Source: Thecamonas trahens ATCC 50062 (taxonomy: Eukaryota > Protista > Apusomonadida). From it: a DNA stretch of 64,000 bases. The notes under the pieces are model-generated. The model had not been told where the DNA came from and ran no database searches. It saw only the letters and a program-made list of their open reading frames with translations. The stretch covers positions 62,001 to 126,000 of the forward strand of contig NW_013657651.1 in the NCBI RefSeq assembly GCF_000142905.1, written 5' to 3'. Positions 21,567 to 30,940 of the stretch are shown in pieces. Each line of letters starts with the position of its first letter. The stretch's first letter is position 1. Both the position numbers and the translations under genes were made by a program.

Positions 21567-24500
21567 ATGGACCGTACAGGAGGGGACCAATGGAAAGGTC
21601 GCGATTCGGCACCGGGCAATGGCAGTGACAGTGACAACGTCCGCGCATCCACAAGCGCACCTATGACAAGACCGATGGCGAACAATGGTAATCAAGGACG
21701 TGAATGGTCGACATCGAGTGCGCCGCAGTTTCAGGAGCAGAACGCGCAAGCTCCGGGCGCATCGGCAAAGTACATCGCGCCGGCCAAGCTGCTGGCACCG
21801 CCACCGTCTGTGCTGGTGTGGCAGGCTGTGGCTGATAATGATGTTGAGGCTGTGCGGTGGTGGATCGAGTCGACTCGTGTCGCTCCAGGATCGCCGGATA
21901 CCCATGGAAATACCGCTGTTCACGTTGCTGCGCATCACGGCCGTGTTGACATCCTCAGGATCCTGCTCGAGTCTGGCGGTTCGCCCGACTTTCCGGATGC
22001 CGCCGGAAACACCCCGCTTCATCTTGCGGCACACTTTAATCATCCGGCTGCGGTGGCGCTGCTGCTGGAGACCCACGCTGTACCGACGCTGCGGAACTCG
22101 TTTGGCGCCACGCCGCTCGACGATACGCCCGACGATGCCGAGCAAGTCCACACCCTGCTGTTGGCGGCGATGGAAAACGAGATTGTGACGCACTACCTGG
22201 AAGATGTTGACAACAGGCGGAAGCGATACGAATTTGTTCGGCTGACACTGGTCAACACCGTGCTCACGGTGGCGCAAGGTGCCATCGGCACTGCAGGCAA
22301 AGTTCGCATCGTCACCTACAAGTCGATCGATCGGGCGTACGCTGCACTCGACAAGCGCCTCGAGGGTCTGATGGCCCGTGGCTGGTCTGAGGCCCGCATG
22401 GGTGCCCGCCTCTACCGCCACACCGTCAACAAGGCCAAGGTCGCCCGCTCAGACAGGCACATTGCCGCCTACCAGCGGCAGCGCGCTGCGATCGAAGCTG
22501 GCATGCTGATTGTCGGCGAGCCGCCGCTGCCCACGTCACCGCCCCAGCAGCAGCAGCAACAACAACAACAGCAGCAGCAGCAGCAGCAGCAGCTTCCCTC
22601 CGCGACCACTTTGCCGCCGCCCAATGACAACGGGAGCAGCGAGGTTGGGGGCGTCGACTGGGCGCCGTTTGAGTCGGAGACCTCGGGCTCTGTCCCGTTC
22701 TTCTCCGAGGCCTTTGTCGAGAGCCTTGCGGCTTCACCGCAGTACATGGCGCGGGCACGCAAGGTTGTTGCCTCGGCCGCCATGCACCCGCGCTACCGGC
22801 GCGGGCCGATGCTCTCGGCGCTATGCACTGGCTCGCGCAACGAGACGTACAGCGTCCGGGTCCGGTTTGACCCCAACGAGGTCGACCCTACCGGCCGCCT
22901 TGTGGCCATTACTCATGCCAACTGCAACTGTATGTCTGCATCGACCGACATGCCCGGCCGGTGCAAGCACATCCTCGCCCTGCTCCTGCACTGGCTCGAC
23001 GATCCGTCCGAGACCTCGTTTGTGGTGCCGGCGTACCAGGCGTTGCCAACCAAGTTCTTTGAGCGTCTCTTTGGCGTTTTCCTCAGCAATGACGATGCCA
23101 CCACCGCCGCAGCTGCACAGGTCTGCTCGGTCTGGCGCACCATGGTGGCCCGGTTTGGGACCGGTCGCTGGCACTCGGCCGTCTTTACGCCTCCGCCCGA
23201 GGGAGGCAGAGGTGGGCTGATCATCGCCCGCGCCGCGTCCGCCGTCTCATTCTCGGGCCTCCAGCCGTACACCATCGAGACCTGGTTGAGGCCGCGGACT
23301 AAGTCGAGCTCCGGCACGTTGGTGGCCAAGGTTGACCGCGGCGTCGGCGCCGAGTATGCGCTCGAGCTCCACGACTCGGTCCTCCGCGTCTTTCGCAACA
23401 TCGAACCGTACGTGCTCGACGGGACGACCACTCTCGCTGTGAACCGCTGGTACCACGTGGCGGTCACCTTTAACCAGATGTGGGTCCGGCTCTACCTCAA
23501 CGGCGAGGAGGAGGCTGCCATGTCGTGGGGCCCACACAACGCCGCCACCGGCATCCCGCTCTGCATTGGCGGCGTGCTCGACGCCGGCGTCCCGGCCTCT
23601 TTCTTTGACGGCGACGTCCAGGAAGTCCGCATCTGGGCCGCCTCCCTCCCGCAAGCCCGCATCAAGCAGTCGATGTTTGCCTCGCCTGGCAGCGTCGTCG
23701 CCGCCGCCGTCGCCGGTGGGAGCTCGGCACCGCGGCTCGTCTCCCGCATCCGGGTCTCGGCCGCCGCCGACGCGGTGGTCGACGATGCCAACGGTGTGTC
23801 GGACCTCGAGCTCATGGGGGCCGATGAGTGCGTCGCTATTGCTCGCGCCGGCTTCCATGCCTTCTTTGGCCTGGCGCAGCGGGCCGCCGCGATGGCAGAG
23901 CGAGCCCGCCGGGCCGAAGCCGGCAAGAGCAAGGGTGCTGACGACGCCGGTGCGTCGTCGTCCGGCAGCCACAAGGCCGTAACCACCGGCGACGGTGACG
24001 CCGACGTCGTCCTCCACAACGCCATGCGCGAGCCGTGGTACATCTTCCCGGACGAGGTGACCTTCGGCGAGCTGCTGGGCTCGGGCGCGTTTGGCGCGGT
24101 GCACGCGGGCGAGTGGCGAGCTGCGCCAGTGGCCATCAAGAAACTCCTTGACGCCGAGATGGGCGGAAAGGAGCGACTGGAGACGTTCCGTCGCGAGATC
24201 TCGATTGTGGCACGGCTTCGCGGCTCGCCGTACGTAGTCCAGTTTCTCGGCGCGTGCATGCATCCGACTGCGCACTTTATTGTCACCGAGCTAATGTCGA
24301 ACAAGAGCGTCGAGTATTGGATCCGCAGCCCAGACAAGGTGCTGTCGGTGCCGGAGCGGGTGCGGATGGGCCTCGACGCTGCGCGCGGCATGCTCCACAT
24401 CCATGCCGAGGGGCTCATCCACGGCGACCTCGCGCTCCGCAACTTGCTCGTCGACGACACCTTCCGGGTCAAGGTGACCGACTTTGGCCTCTCGCGCGTC

Positions 24501-24842
24501 CGCACCGGCTCTCTCAACGAGGTTTCGCAGGCCATGGGCACGCCAGTCACCATGGCGCCCGAGCTCATCCAGGGCCACGCCATCTCGACCAAGGTCGACG
24601 TCTACTCCTTCGGCGTCGTGCTTTGGCAGCTCTACACTCGCGACGACCCGTTTCCGGGCCTTACTCCCATGCAGGTGGCCTGGCGGGTGGTCATGCAGGG
24701 CGAGCGGCCGGAAATCCCGGCCCACACTCCAAGCTCGCTGACACAGCTCATCGAGCGCTGCTGGGCTGCGTCGGCCGACGACCGGCCCGACTTTACCGTG
24801 ATTGTTCGCGAGCTCTCGCTCATCGCGGTCCAGCCGCTGTAG
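21567..24842 (+). CDS. Multidomain TKL protein kinase: ankyrin repeats - WGR-like - polyQ - SWIM Zn finger - F-box-like - LamG - kinase
   Basis: GNTAVHVAA and GNTPLHLAA; CNC...CKHILALL; WYHVAVTF...LYLNG...FDGDVQEVRIW; GSGAFG, VAIKKL, HGDLALRN, DFG, MAPE, DVYSFG. Confidence 0.92.
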   Translation: MDRTGGDQWKGRDSAPGNGSDSDNVRASTSAPMTRPMANNGNQGREWSTSSAPQFQEQNAQAPGASAKYIAPAKLLAPPPSVLVWQAVADNDVEAVRWWIESTRVAPGSPDTHGNTAVHVAAHHGRVDILRILLESGGSPDFPDAAGNTPLHLAAHFNHPAAVALLLETHAVPTLRNSFGATPLDDTPDDAEQVHTLLLAAMENEIVTHYLEDVDNRRKRYEFVRLTLVNTVLTVAQGAIGTAGKVRIVTYKSIDRAYAALDKRLEGLMARGWSEARMGARLYRHTVNKAKVARSDRHIAAYQRQRAAIEAGMLIVGEPPLPTSPPQQQQQQQQQQQQQQQQLPSATTLPPPNDNGSSEVGGVDWAPFESETSGSVPFFSEAFVESLAASPQYMARARKVVASAAMHPRYRRGPMLSALCTGSRNETYSVRVRFDPNEVDPTGRLVAITHANCNCMSASTDMPGRCKHILALLLHWLDDPSETSFVVPAYQALPTKFFERLFGVFLSNDDATTAAAAQVCSVWRTMVARFGTGRWHSAVFTPPPEGGRGGLIIARAASAVSFSGLQPYTIETWLRPRTKSSSGTLVAKVDRGVGAEYALELHDSVLRVFRNIEPYVLDGTTTLAVNRWYHVAVTFNQMWVRLYLNGEEEAAMSWGPHNAATGIPLCIGGVLDAGVPASFFDGDVQEVRIWAASLPQARIKQSMFASPGSVVAAAVAGGSSAPRLVSRIRVSAAADAVVDDANGVSDLELMGADECVAIARAGFHAFFGLAQRAAAMAERARRAEAGKSKGADDAGASSSGSHKAVTTGDGDADVVLHNAMREPWYIFPDEVTFGELLGSGAFGAVHAGEWRAAPVAIKKLLDAEMGGKERLETFRREISIVARLRGSPYVVQFLGACMHPTAHFIVTELMSNKSVEYWIRSPDKVLSVPERVRMGLDAARGMLHIHAEGLIHGDLALRNLLVDDTFRVKVTDFGLSRVRTGSLNEVSQAMGTPVTMAPELIQGHAISTKVDVYSFGVVLWQLYTRDDPFPGLTPMQVAWRVVMQGERPEIPAHTPSSLTQLIERCWAASADDRPDFTVIVRELSLIAVQPL

Positions 24843-24860
24843 ATGCCACTGAAAGGCGGC

Positions 24861-26590
24861 TCAAGCAAACTTAGTCTGTTCACACACGTGGTTGTACCGC
24901 TTGGCATGGCCGACCGACCTGCTCTGGGTTCGGCACGCCGAGCCCCAGTGGCAGTTTGGCCGTGAGGTAGCGTTGGCCGGCAGCGCGCTGCGCGGCAGCG
25001 ACATGAGGTAGTCCGGAATGAGGTCGCGGAACACGTTTGAGGCGCATCCGTGGCATGTGGCGGTGGCCTCGGTGATGCCGACCGCAGGTCCAGCTCCGTC
25101 TGGCGAGTATGTGTAGCTGCCGGCGGAGAGCCCGCCGAGCACCGCCTGCCACAGCCCATCGACTGAGAGGCTGGCAGACGCCATGTACTCGTTGAGAAAC
25201 TTGATCTCGACGAGGTTGTCCCAGAGAACGTGGGCCGGGAGCCGCGGAAATTCCCATGAGCCGAGTGCGCGCAGCGCACCCTGGCCAAGCAGTGAACGGC
25301 AGCCCCAGTAGAGATCGCAGAACGGGGTGAGGCAGAGCGCACACTGGATGGCCGGGCCGTCGTACCCAGCCTCGTCGGTGCGCTTCGGGAGGAGCTCGAG
25401 GCAGACCGAGCACGTGAGGTGCGTCGGATCAGATCCACTGCACTGATGACCACTCGATCCTGGAGCGCGGCACTCGCGGCACTGAGTGTTGGAGACCCGA
25501 GGTGGCGCGGCCGACGACGCGGTCGAGCTGGTGACGCCGGCCGCCGCCGGCACCGGCGGTGCGCCAAAGGCAAACGTGAGTCCACCCCATGCGTGGCCCG
25601 AAGGATGTGCGCTGCTTCCAGGCAACGCCTCGCCTTCGTACTCGTCGTACTCGTCGTACTCGTCGTGGCCGTGGTGGAGATGGAGCGCAGCGGCTGCCGC
25701 TGTCCGCGAGCGGTACGGCGAGGTCGGCGGCGAGCGACGCGAGACGAGACTCTTTGCGGCTCGGTCTAGCGCGGCCAGCTCATCGGCGTTGCGCGCCTGG
25801 TCGGGGTGGTCCTTGAGAAAGGCCTCGACAAGGTTGCGGATAGTGTGGTTGTCGGCGGCGTCCGAGACGGTGGCCCGGCACATGGGGCACTCGTGCGAGT
25901 TCTTTGCCCACTGGGCGTAGCAGCCGGCGCAAAAGTTATGCATGCACGGGACCAACGCCATGGCCTTGTGCATAATCTCTTGGCAGATGGAGCAGGTGAG
26001 CAGCTCGGCGTATGGTGTGGCATCTGCGACGGCGTTCCCTCCGCCGCCGCCGCCGCCGCCGCCGCCTCCTCAGCGGCGGCCCCTGCGAGCGACTTTGCCC
26101 GCTTGGCCGGCGGCGGCTCGGTGGCTGCAAGTTGCGGCGAGGGCGAGCTCCCGTCGTCTGACACTGTTGACGCCATCTCCAAGGTAGCGTCCAGATCGTC
26201 ATGATCGGAAGAGACCCTGGGGCGCTTCTTGGAGACAAGAACGACCGACCAAACAGCAGCAGGACAAGCTGAGGGCGAGTCATTTGTGGCAACTTGCGGA
26301 GCGACGAGAGAAATGACATCGCCCGAGTTGAGAGCATGCGATGCGCCATGAGCGAGACGGAGATCATTGACAAAGGTTCCATTGGTGGAGGCATCCGTGA
26401 CACTGGCAGACGAGCCATCGTCGCTGACAGCAATGGTCACATGACGACCAGAGACCCGCCCGTCAGGAATCCTAGCTCCATTGGGGAGGTTCTTAGACCT
26501 TCCAAACACCATAGAACATCCAGCTTCGATCCATACTGCTGTCCTCTCTCCCTCCTCGCCATCCCTTCGCTCCAGTCGCACTCCTGCCAT
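24861..26590 (-). CDS. CHFR: CHFR checkpoint E3 ubiquitin ligase (FHA - RING - Cys-rich/PBZ); one frameshift at about 26038
   Basis: FHA (FGR...VSGRH...DASTNGTFVN), RING (LTCSICQEIMHKAMALVPCMHNFCAGC...CPMCR), and C-terminal NCHWGSACRTQ...HAKRYNHVCEQTKF. Confidence 0.92.
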
Positions 26591-26673
26591 TCCCTCCCCT
26601 CCTCCGCCCCTAAATTCAAGTCTCAGCTGCAGACGAGTGTCGCCCGGTGACCTCCCCAAACACCACCATCACT

Positions 26674-26747
26674 CGCTATCGCCGGCTCCGCCCCTGTCAT
26701 CGACGTCTAACATACGCTATCGCCGGCTCCGCCCCTGTCATCTACGT
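26674..26747. repeat. Short direct repeat (about 33 bp, period 41)
   Basis: CGCTATCGCCGGCTCCGCCCCTGTCATC occurs twice just upstream of CHFR. Confidence 0.85.
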
Positions 26748-27316
26748 TGAATCCTTTACGGTACGGCTCGCGTCAGCGTAGAGCCCGTACGCATGCATTG
26801 ATGGGCGCGGCGTCCAGAATCCAGTACACGACGGCGTGCCACCACTTGCGCGGCCACGCCAACCGGCAAGCTCGTCCGTCGCACGAAGATCCACAACATC
26901 CTCACGCTCTCTCGTCTGGCCGCTGTGTTCAACTCTGTCATGCTCTCCTTCCCGGTCGCCGGGGTCGTCAACGACAAGCTCCGCACCGTCCGCGCCCGCC
27001 GATCCGGAGGAGCGGCGCTGTTCGGCACCTCGCGCGCCTCGCTCATGATCCCAGGTGTCTGCCACCGCGACGGCAACTTGAGCATCCTTCAGGCGGGCGT
27101 CTACATGTCGGGCGCCATCACGTGCGGGCGCGCCTCCCACCTCAAGCCGCACGCCAAAAAGGCATCGCGCAGCGTCGGCCACGTGACCTGGAAGTTAAGC
27201 ATCATCGAGTTGTTCACTTTGAGATGCGCGACAGCACGTCCGACCGACCGAACCGTTAAGAGTTATGAAAACAGGCTGCAAGCGGAATGCGGATCACCCT
27301 TCCCTCCCCCCGCGCG

Positions 27317-28078
27317 CTACATCAAAAGCCGCTCGAGGTTGGGTGCAACGACACGGACAAGCGAGATCGACCAGTCGATTCGGGTGAGGCCGAGATCAAG
27401 AACGCGGAGGCGCGGGAGGCGCGGGACGACCTCGCGCCCATTCGAACATCGCGCAATCAACATCTTCGGGTTGTTGATCGCCCGCCATACGTTGCAGAGT
27501 GAGAGCCACTCGAGAGAGGACTGCAGAATTGAGTTGAAGAGCAGTGCGCGGACTCCACGATGGGTGACTCTCGTGCAGAGGCCGAGATCGAGCACCCGCA
27601 GCGACGGCATCGCATCCAGGTCGGCTAGAGCGACAAGCGCGTGGTCGGTGACCGCGATGCACCCACGGATCCAGAGCGCATGCAACCGTGGCAGTTGCTC
27701 CACCGCGTGGATCACTACATCGTCGGTCACTGCCCTTCGGCAGTACGAGAGGTCGAGGCCGGTCAGCCGCGTCCAGCCCAAATCTAGGCCGCGCGCCAAG
27801 CCCGACCTCGTCAGCGCGCGGCACTTGACCATCCGCAGCCGATCCAGCGCCGCGCCCAACGCCTGACCTGCCGCCACCAGCTGCTCATTTGTCACATCTC
27901 GTGCCATCACTAGCGACTTGTCCTGCCACACACTCCAGTCGTGTGCGATCCGCCGCAACCGCCGGCATGTCGCGCCCAGCGCAAGCAGCGTCGACGCCGG
28001 AAGCATACTCATCACGTACGCTAAGACCTCATCCGGCAAGTCCAGCACGCCTTTCCTCGCCGAACAAGCACCAGCCAT
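27317..28078 (-). CDS. F-box/leucine-rich repeat protein (FBXL/AMN1-type LRR)
   Basis: F-box LDLPDEVLAYVMSMLP...TCRRLRRIAHDWSVW; LRRs LTGLDLSYC..VTD, LWIRGCIAVTD and LRVLDLGLCTRVT. The 3' end is uncertain. Confidence 0.85.
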   Translation of the reverse strand: MAGACSARKGVLDLPDEVLAYVMSMLPASTLLALGATCRRLRRIAHDWSVWQDKSLVMARDVTNEQLVAAGQALGAALDRLRMVKCRALTRSGLARGLDLGWTRLTGLDLSYCRRAVTDDVVIHAVEQLPRLHALWIRGCIAVTDHALVALADLDAMPSLRVLDLGLCTRVTHRGVRALLFNSILQSSLEWLSLCNVWRAINNPKMLIARCSNGREVVPRLPRLRVLDLGLTRIDWSISLVRVVAPNLERLLM

Positions 28079-28987
28079 GTCTAGCACTCGGAGAGAGCAG
28101 TGATTACGAGTGATGGCTCCCGTCTCGATGGCATCGTTCCCTTGACTTTTGTCGGCGTGAGTGACAGCGCCGACCAGCTGCATTGGCCAGCTGCACAAGG
28201 TACCGATCTCGCCTCCTATGACTCAGATCCGCACGCAAGCCCACACGCACACGAATGCGCATGTAAGCACAGGCAACAGTCGCTCATCGTGGGTATGCTA
28301 ACTTGCTACCGCCCAGCAGCCGTCGATAACTCGTGCCTTTGGCATCACAGCCGAACTCACCACAACATGTGTGTGATCTTTGACGATCATTGCACCCGCT
28401 TCCGTCCCGTCAACCCATAGATCCCATGAAGCGATCCTCCGATTACCCGAATGCCCCTCCCCCTCCCTTCCTCCCCCCTCCCCCATTCCTCCCCCTCATC
28501 TCTAATCCCCCTTCACCCAAAGCCCTCCAGCTCCCAAACCTCCCCGCATCACTCCCTCCTCCTCCCCCCCCCCAAAAAAAACAGCGACGACGAAACACAC
28601 TCGCCAGCCAATCGTTGCCAATAACAATAATCGTTCGCCAACCACAATAATAGCCAACAACCATAGTCGCTGACTTCTCACCTCTCCAAACCCTTTCGAA
28701 CATCGTTCGTTGGTCGTTCGACCAACTTCTCGCGCGCAGCACAGAAGCACCCCCCCCCCCACCCCCCCCCCCCCTCTCTTCCGCCTGGCGTTTATAGGAA
28801 GTCAACAGTGTTCGAAAAAGATAGTTCGAGGAACGACTGCACAAGTTCCAGGATGACGGCAATGCCGTAAAAGATCTATGTTGCGCCCCTGCGCCTACTT
28901 GTGCTGCCAAAGATACTCGAGATGCTCCAGAGAGGGTCACGGAGCCGGGTTTGGTTTTTACAGGGACGTAAGGGCAGCAACATCTTG

Positions 28988-29087
28988 NNNNNNNNNNNNN
29001 NNNNNNNNNNNNNNNNNNNNNNNNNNNNNNNNNNNNNNNNNNNNNNNNNNNNNNNNNNNNNNNNNNNNNNNNNNNNNNNNNNNNNNN
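28988..29087. other. Assembly gap (100 N)
   Basis: Run of N. Confidence 1.
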
Positions 29088-29147
29088 AAGGAAGGAGAAG
29101 GGACCCCCACCCACCACACACACACACACACACACCAAGACAAAAGT

Positions 29148-30872
29148 ATGCGCATCCGATACAGCCGAAGGCAACTCCTGAGTATCCGTGAGCAACTCGG
29201 ACGTGTGTCTCCCCCGGCTGTGGCCCTTCCAAGAGACATTGTCCTCCCAGCCGGGAGCAAGCCAGCTACACTCTCACCTTTGTCTGGAGGCTACACGGGC
29301 GCTTCCTCCACCAACACGACAACAACGAGCACAACAAGGTCAACGGTGACCTCCTCATCACCTCCTTCTTCATTGTCTCTCGCTGGCCACTCTGCTCGCT
29401 CCTCTGCTCGTTCGCTCAGACCGCTCGAACCGGCTGGTGGTGAATGGCTCCCCTCCTCGGACCCGATCCTGTCTTCCTTGGCAGGAGCCCAGCCTGCATC
29501 AACCAAGTCAACCAGGAGGGCACGTGGCTTGGCTTCCGGTCCTCTCTCATCCTCTCGCTCTTCTCGCTCTTCCAGACATCGTAGGAACGGTGACTTTGAT
29601 GCTCGTAACGATGAGACCTTTGGCGATGCTATGGTTGACGTAGACTCGTCGGCGCCCTTCTCCTTTGGCTCGGACGCCTTTGAGGCGGAGCGGAGGCGGA
29701 TGAAGGTCGAGCATGAGGAGCGGAGGAGGGCGGCAAAGGCTCGCGAGTCGGCACCGGCTGCTCACTCGCCGCCAAAGGCCATGATGGACGACTTGGCCGC
29801 CCGTGAGCGCCAGCTCGAGCACGAGTACGCTACTTTCCTTGGCTTTGACGACGACGACGACAACAACCATCTCGCCCGCCCGATGCCGCCCGCTGCCGCT
29901 CCTCATGCCGCCCGCACCCACCCCCGCGCCGCTGCGGCAGCTGCTGGCTACGCCCGCGCTGCGCCCGCTCCGCCGTCGGCTTCCGCCGTCGACTACGAGC
30001 TGGAGCCGCCGTTCACCCCCACGCTCGACTTTCTCGACTCGCCCAACACCACTCCAGCCCGCTCGCCCATGGTGCCCGCTTCGGAGCCGTCAGCTCCCGG
30101 CCCACCAGGCTTTGGCGCCCACCCGGTGCATCATCCGCGTGCCGTCCAGAGCCAGCACCACTCGCATGGCCAGAGCCAGCAGCACGCGGCCGTAGTGGCC
30201 CACTCACATGCCCTAGCACAGGCACAGGCACAGGCACAGGCCCAAGCCCAGGCCCATGCACAGCTGCAGCTGTTGCAGCAGAGGCAGCTGCTCTACCACC
30301 AACAGCTGCTCCAGCAACAGCAGCAACAGCAGCAGAGCCAGCAAAAGGCGGTCGACTCGGGCAAAGCCATGTCCGCCTTTGACAAGCTCCTCTTCTCGGT
30401 CTCCAAGGAGCAGGTGGCGTCGATGCCAGCCATGCCGACGGCGGCGCCGACCGCTGCGCCGACCGCTGCTGCGCATACTGCACCTTCTGGAGGAAGCGGC
30501 CCTGTGTCCGTCTCAGCCTTTGACAAGCTCCTCCTCTCGCTCAACCCCAACCAGGTGGCGTCGATGCCTCCCATGCCGCAGGCCCAGGCCGCTGCCCAGG
30601 CTGAGGCCCAGGCCAAGGTCAAGGCCGAGGCCCAGGCCCAGGCCCAGGCCGCCGCCCAAGCCCAGGCCCGCGCCCAGGCCATGCTCCAAGCCCAGGCCCA
30701 AGCCCAGGCCCAGGCCCAAGCCCAGGCCCAGATGTACCAGCACTACTATGCGCAGCAGCAGTACCTGCAGCAGATGCAGCAGCATCAGCTCCAGCTCCAG
30801 AAGCAGCAGGCACAGGCACAGGCCCAAGGCCAAGCCCAGCACCACCTGCCGCAGCCGCAGCACCACCCGTAG
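29148..30872 (+). CDS. Low-complexity Q/A-rich protein with an N-terminal eIF4E-binding motif (putative 4E-T/Pat1-like repressor)
   Basis: MRIRYSRRQLLSIRE matches YxxxxL-phi. Also NDETFGD, a duplicated SAFDKLL motif and a (QA)n/polyQ tail. Confidence 0.7.
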   Translation: MRIRYSRRQLLSIREQLGRVSPPAVALPRDIVLPAGSKPATLSPLSGGYTGASSTNTTTTSTTRSTVTSSSPPSSLSLAGHSARSSARSLRPLEPAGGEWLPSSDPILSSLAGAQPASTKSTRRARGLASGPLSSSRSSRSSRHRRNGDFDARNDETFGDAMVDVDSSAPFSFGSDAFEAERRRMKVEHEERRRAAKARESAPAAHSPPKAMMDDLAARERQLEHEYATFLGFDDDDDNNHLARPMPPAAAPHAARTHPRAAAAAAGYARAAPAPPSASAVDYELEPPFTPTLDFLDSPNTTPARSPMVPASEPSAPGPPGFGAHPVHHPRAVQSQHHSHGQSQQHAAVVAHSHALAQAQAQAQAQAQAHAQLQLLQQRQLLYHQQLLQQQQQQQQSQQKAVDSGKAMSAFDKLLFSVSKEQVASMPAMPTAAPTAAPTAAAHTAPSGGSGPVSVSAFDKLLLSLNPNQVASMPPMPQAQAAAQAEAQAKVKAEAQAQAQAAAQAQARAQAMLQAQAQAQAQAQAQAQMYQHYYAQQQYLQQMQQHQLQLQKQQAQAQAQGQAQHHLPQPQHHP

Positions 30873-30940
30873 CACTGCCTGCCGCAGTAACTTGAAGTTT
30901 ACCAACAACAACTCGGAGCGAAGGAGGCGACAGCCACAGC

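Noticed and set aside
24861-26590. Calling the frameshifted genes (CHFR, ACL, XPO4, PAXBP1) pseudogenes
   Set aside because: Both sides of each break retain conserved motifs with no in-frame stops; single-base undercalls are more parsimonious.
28300-28987. ORFs spanning or abutting the first assembly gap
   Set aside because: Low complexity and artefacts of N translation; no recognisable product.
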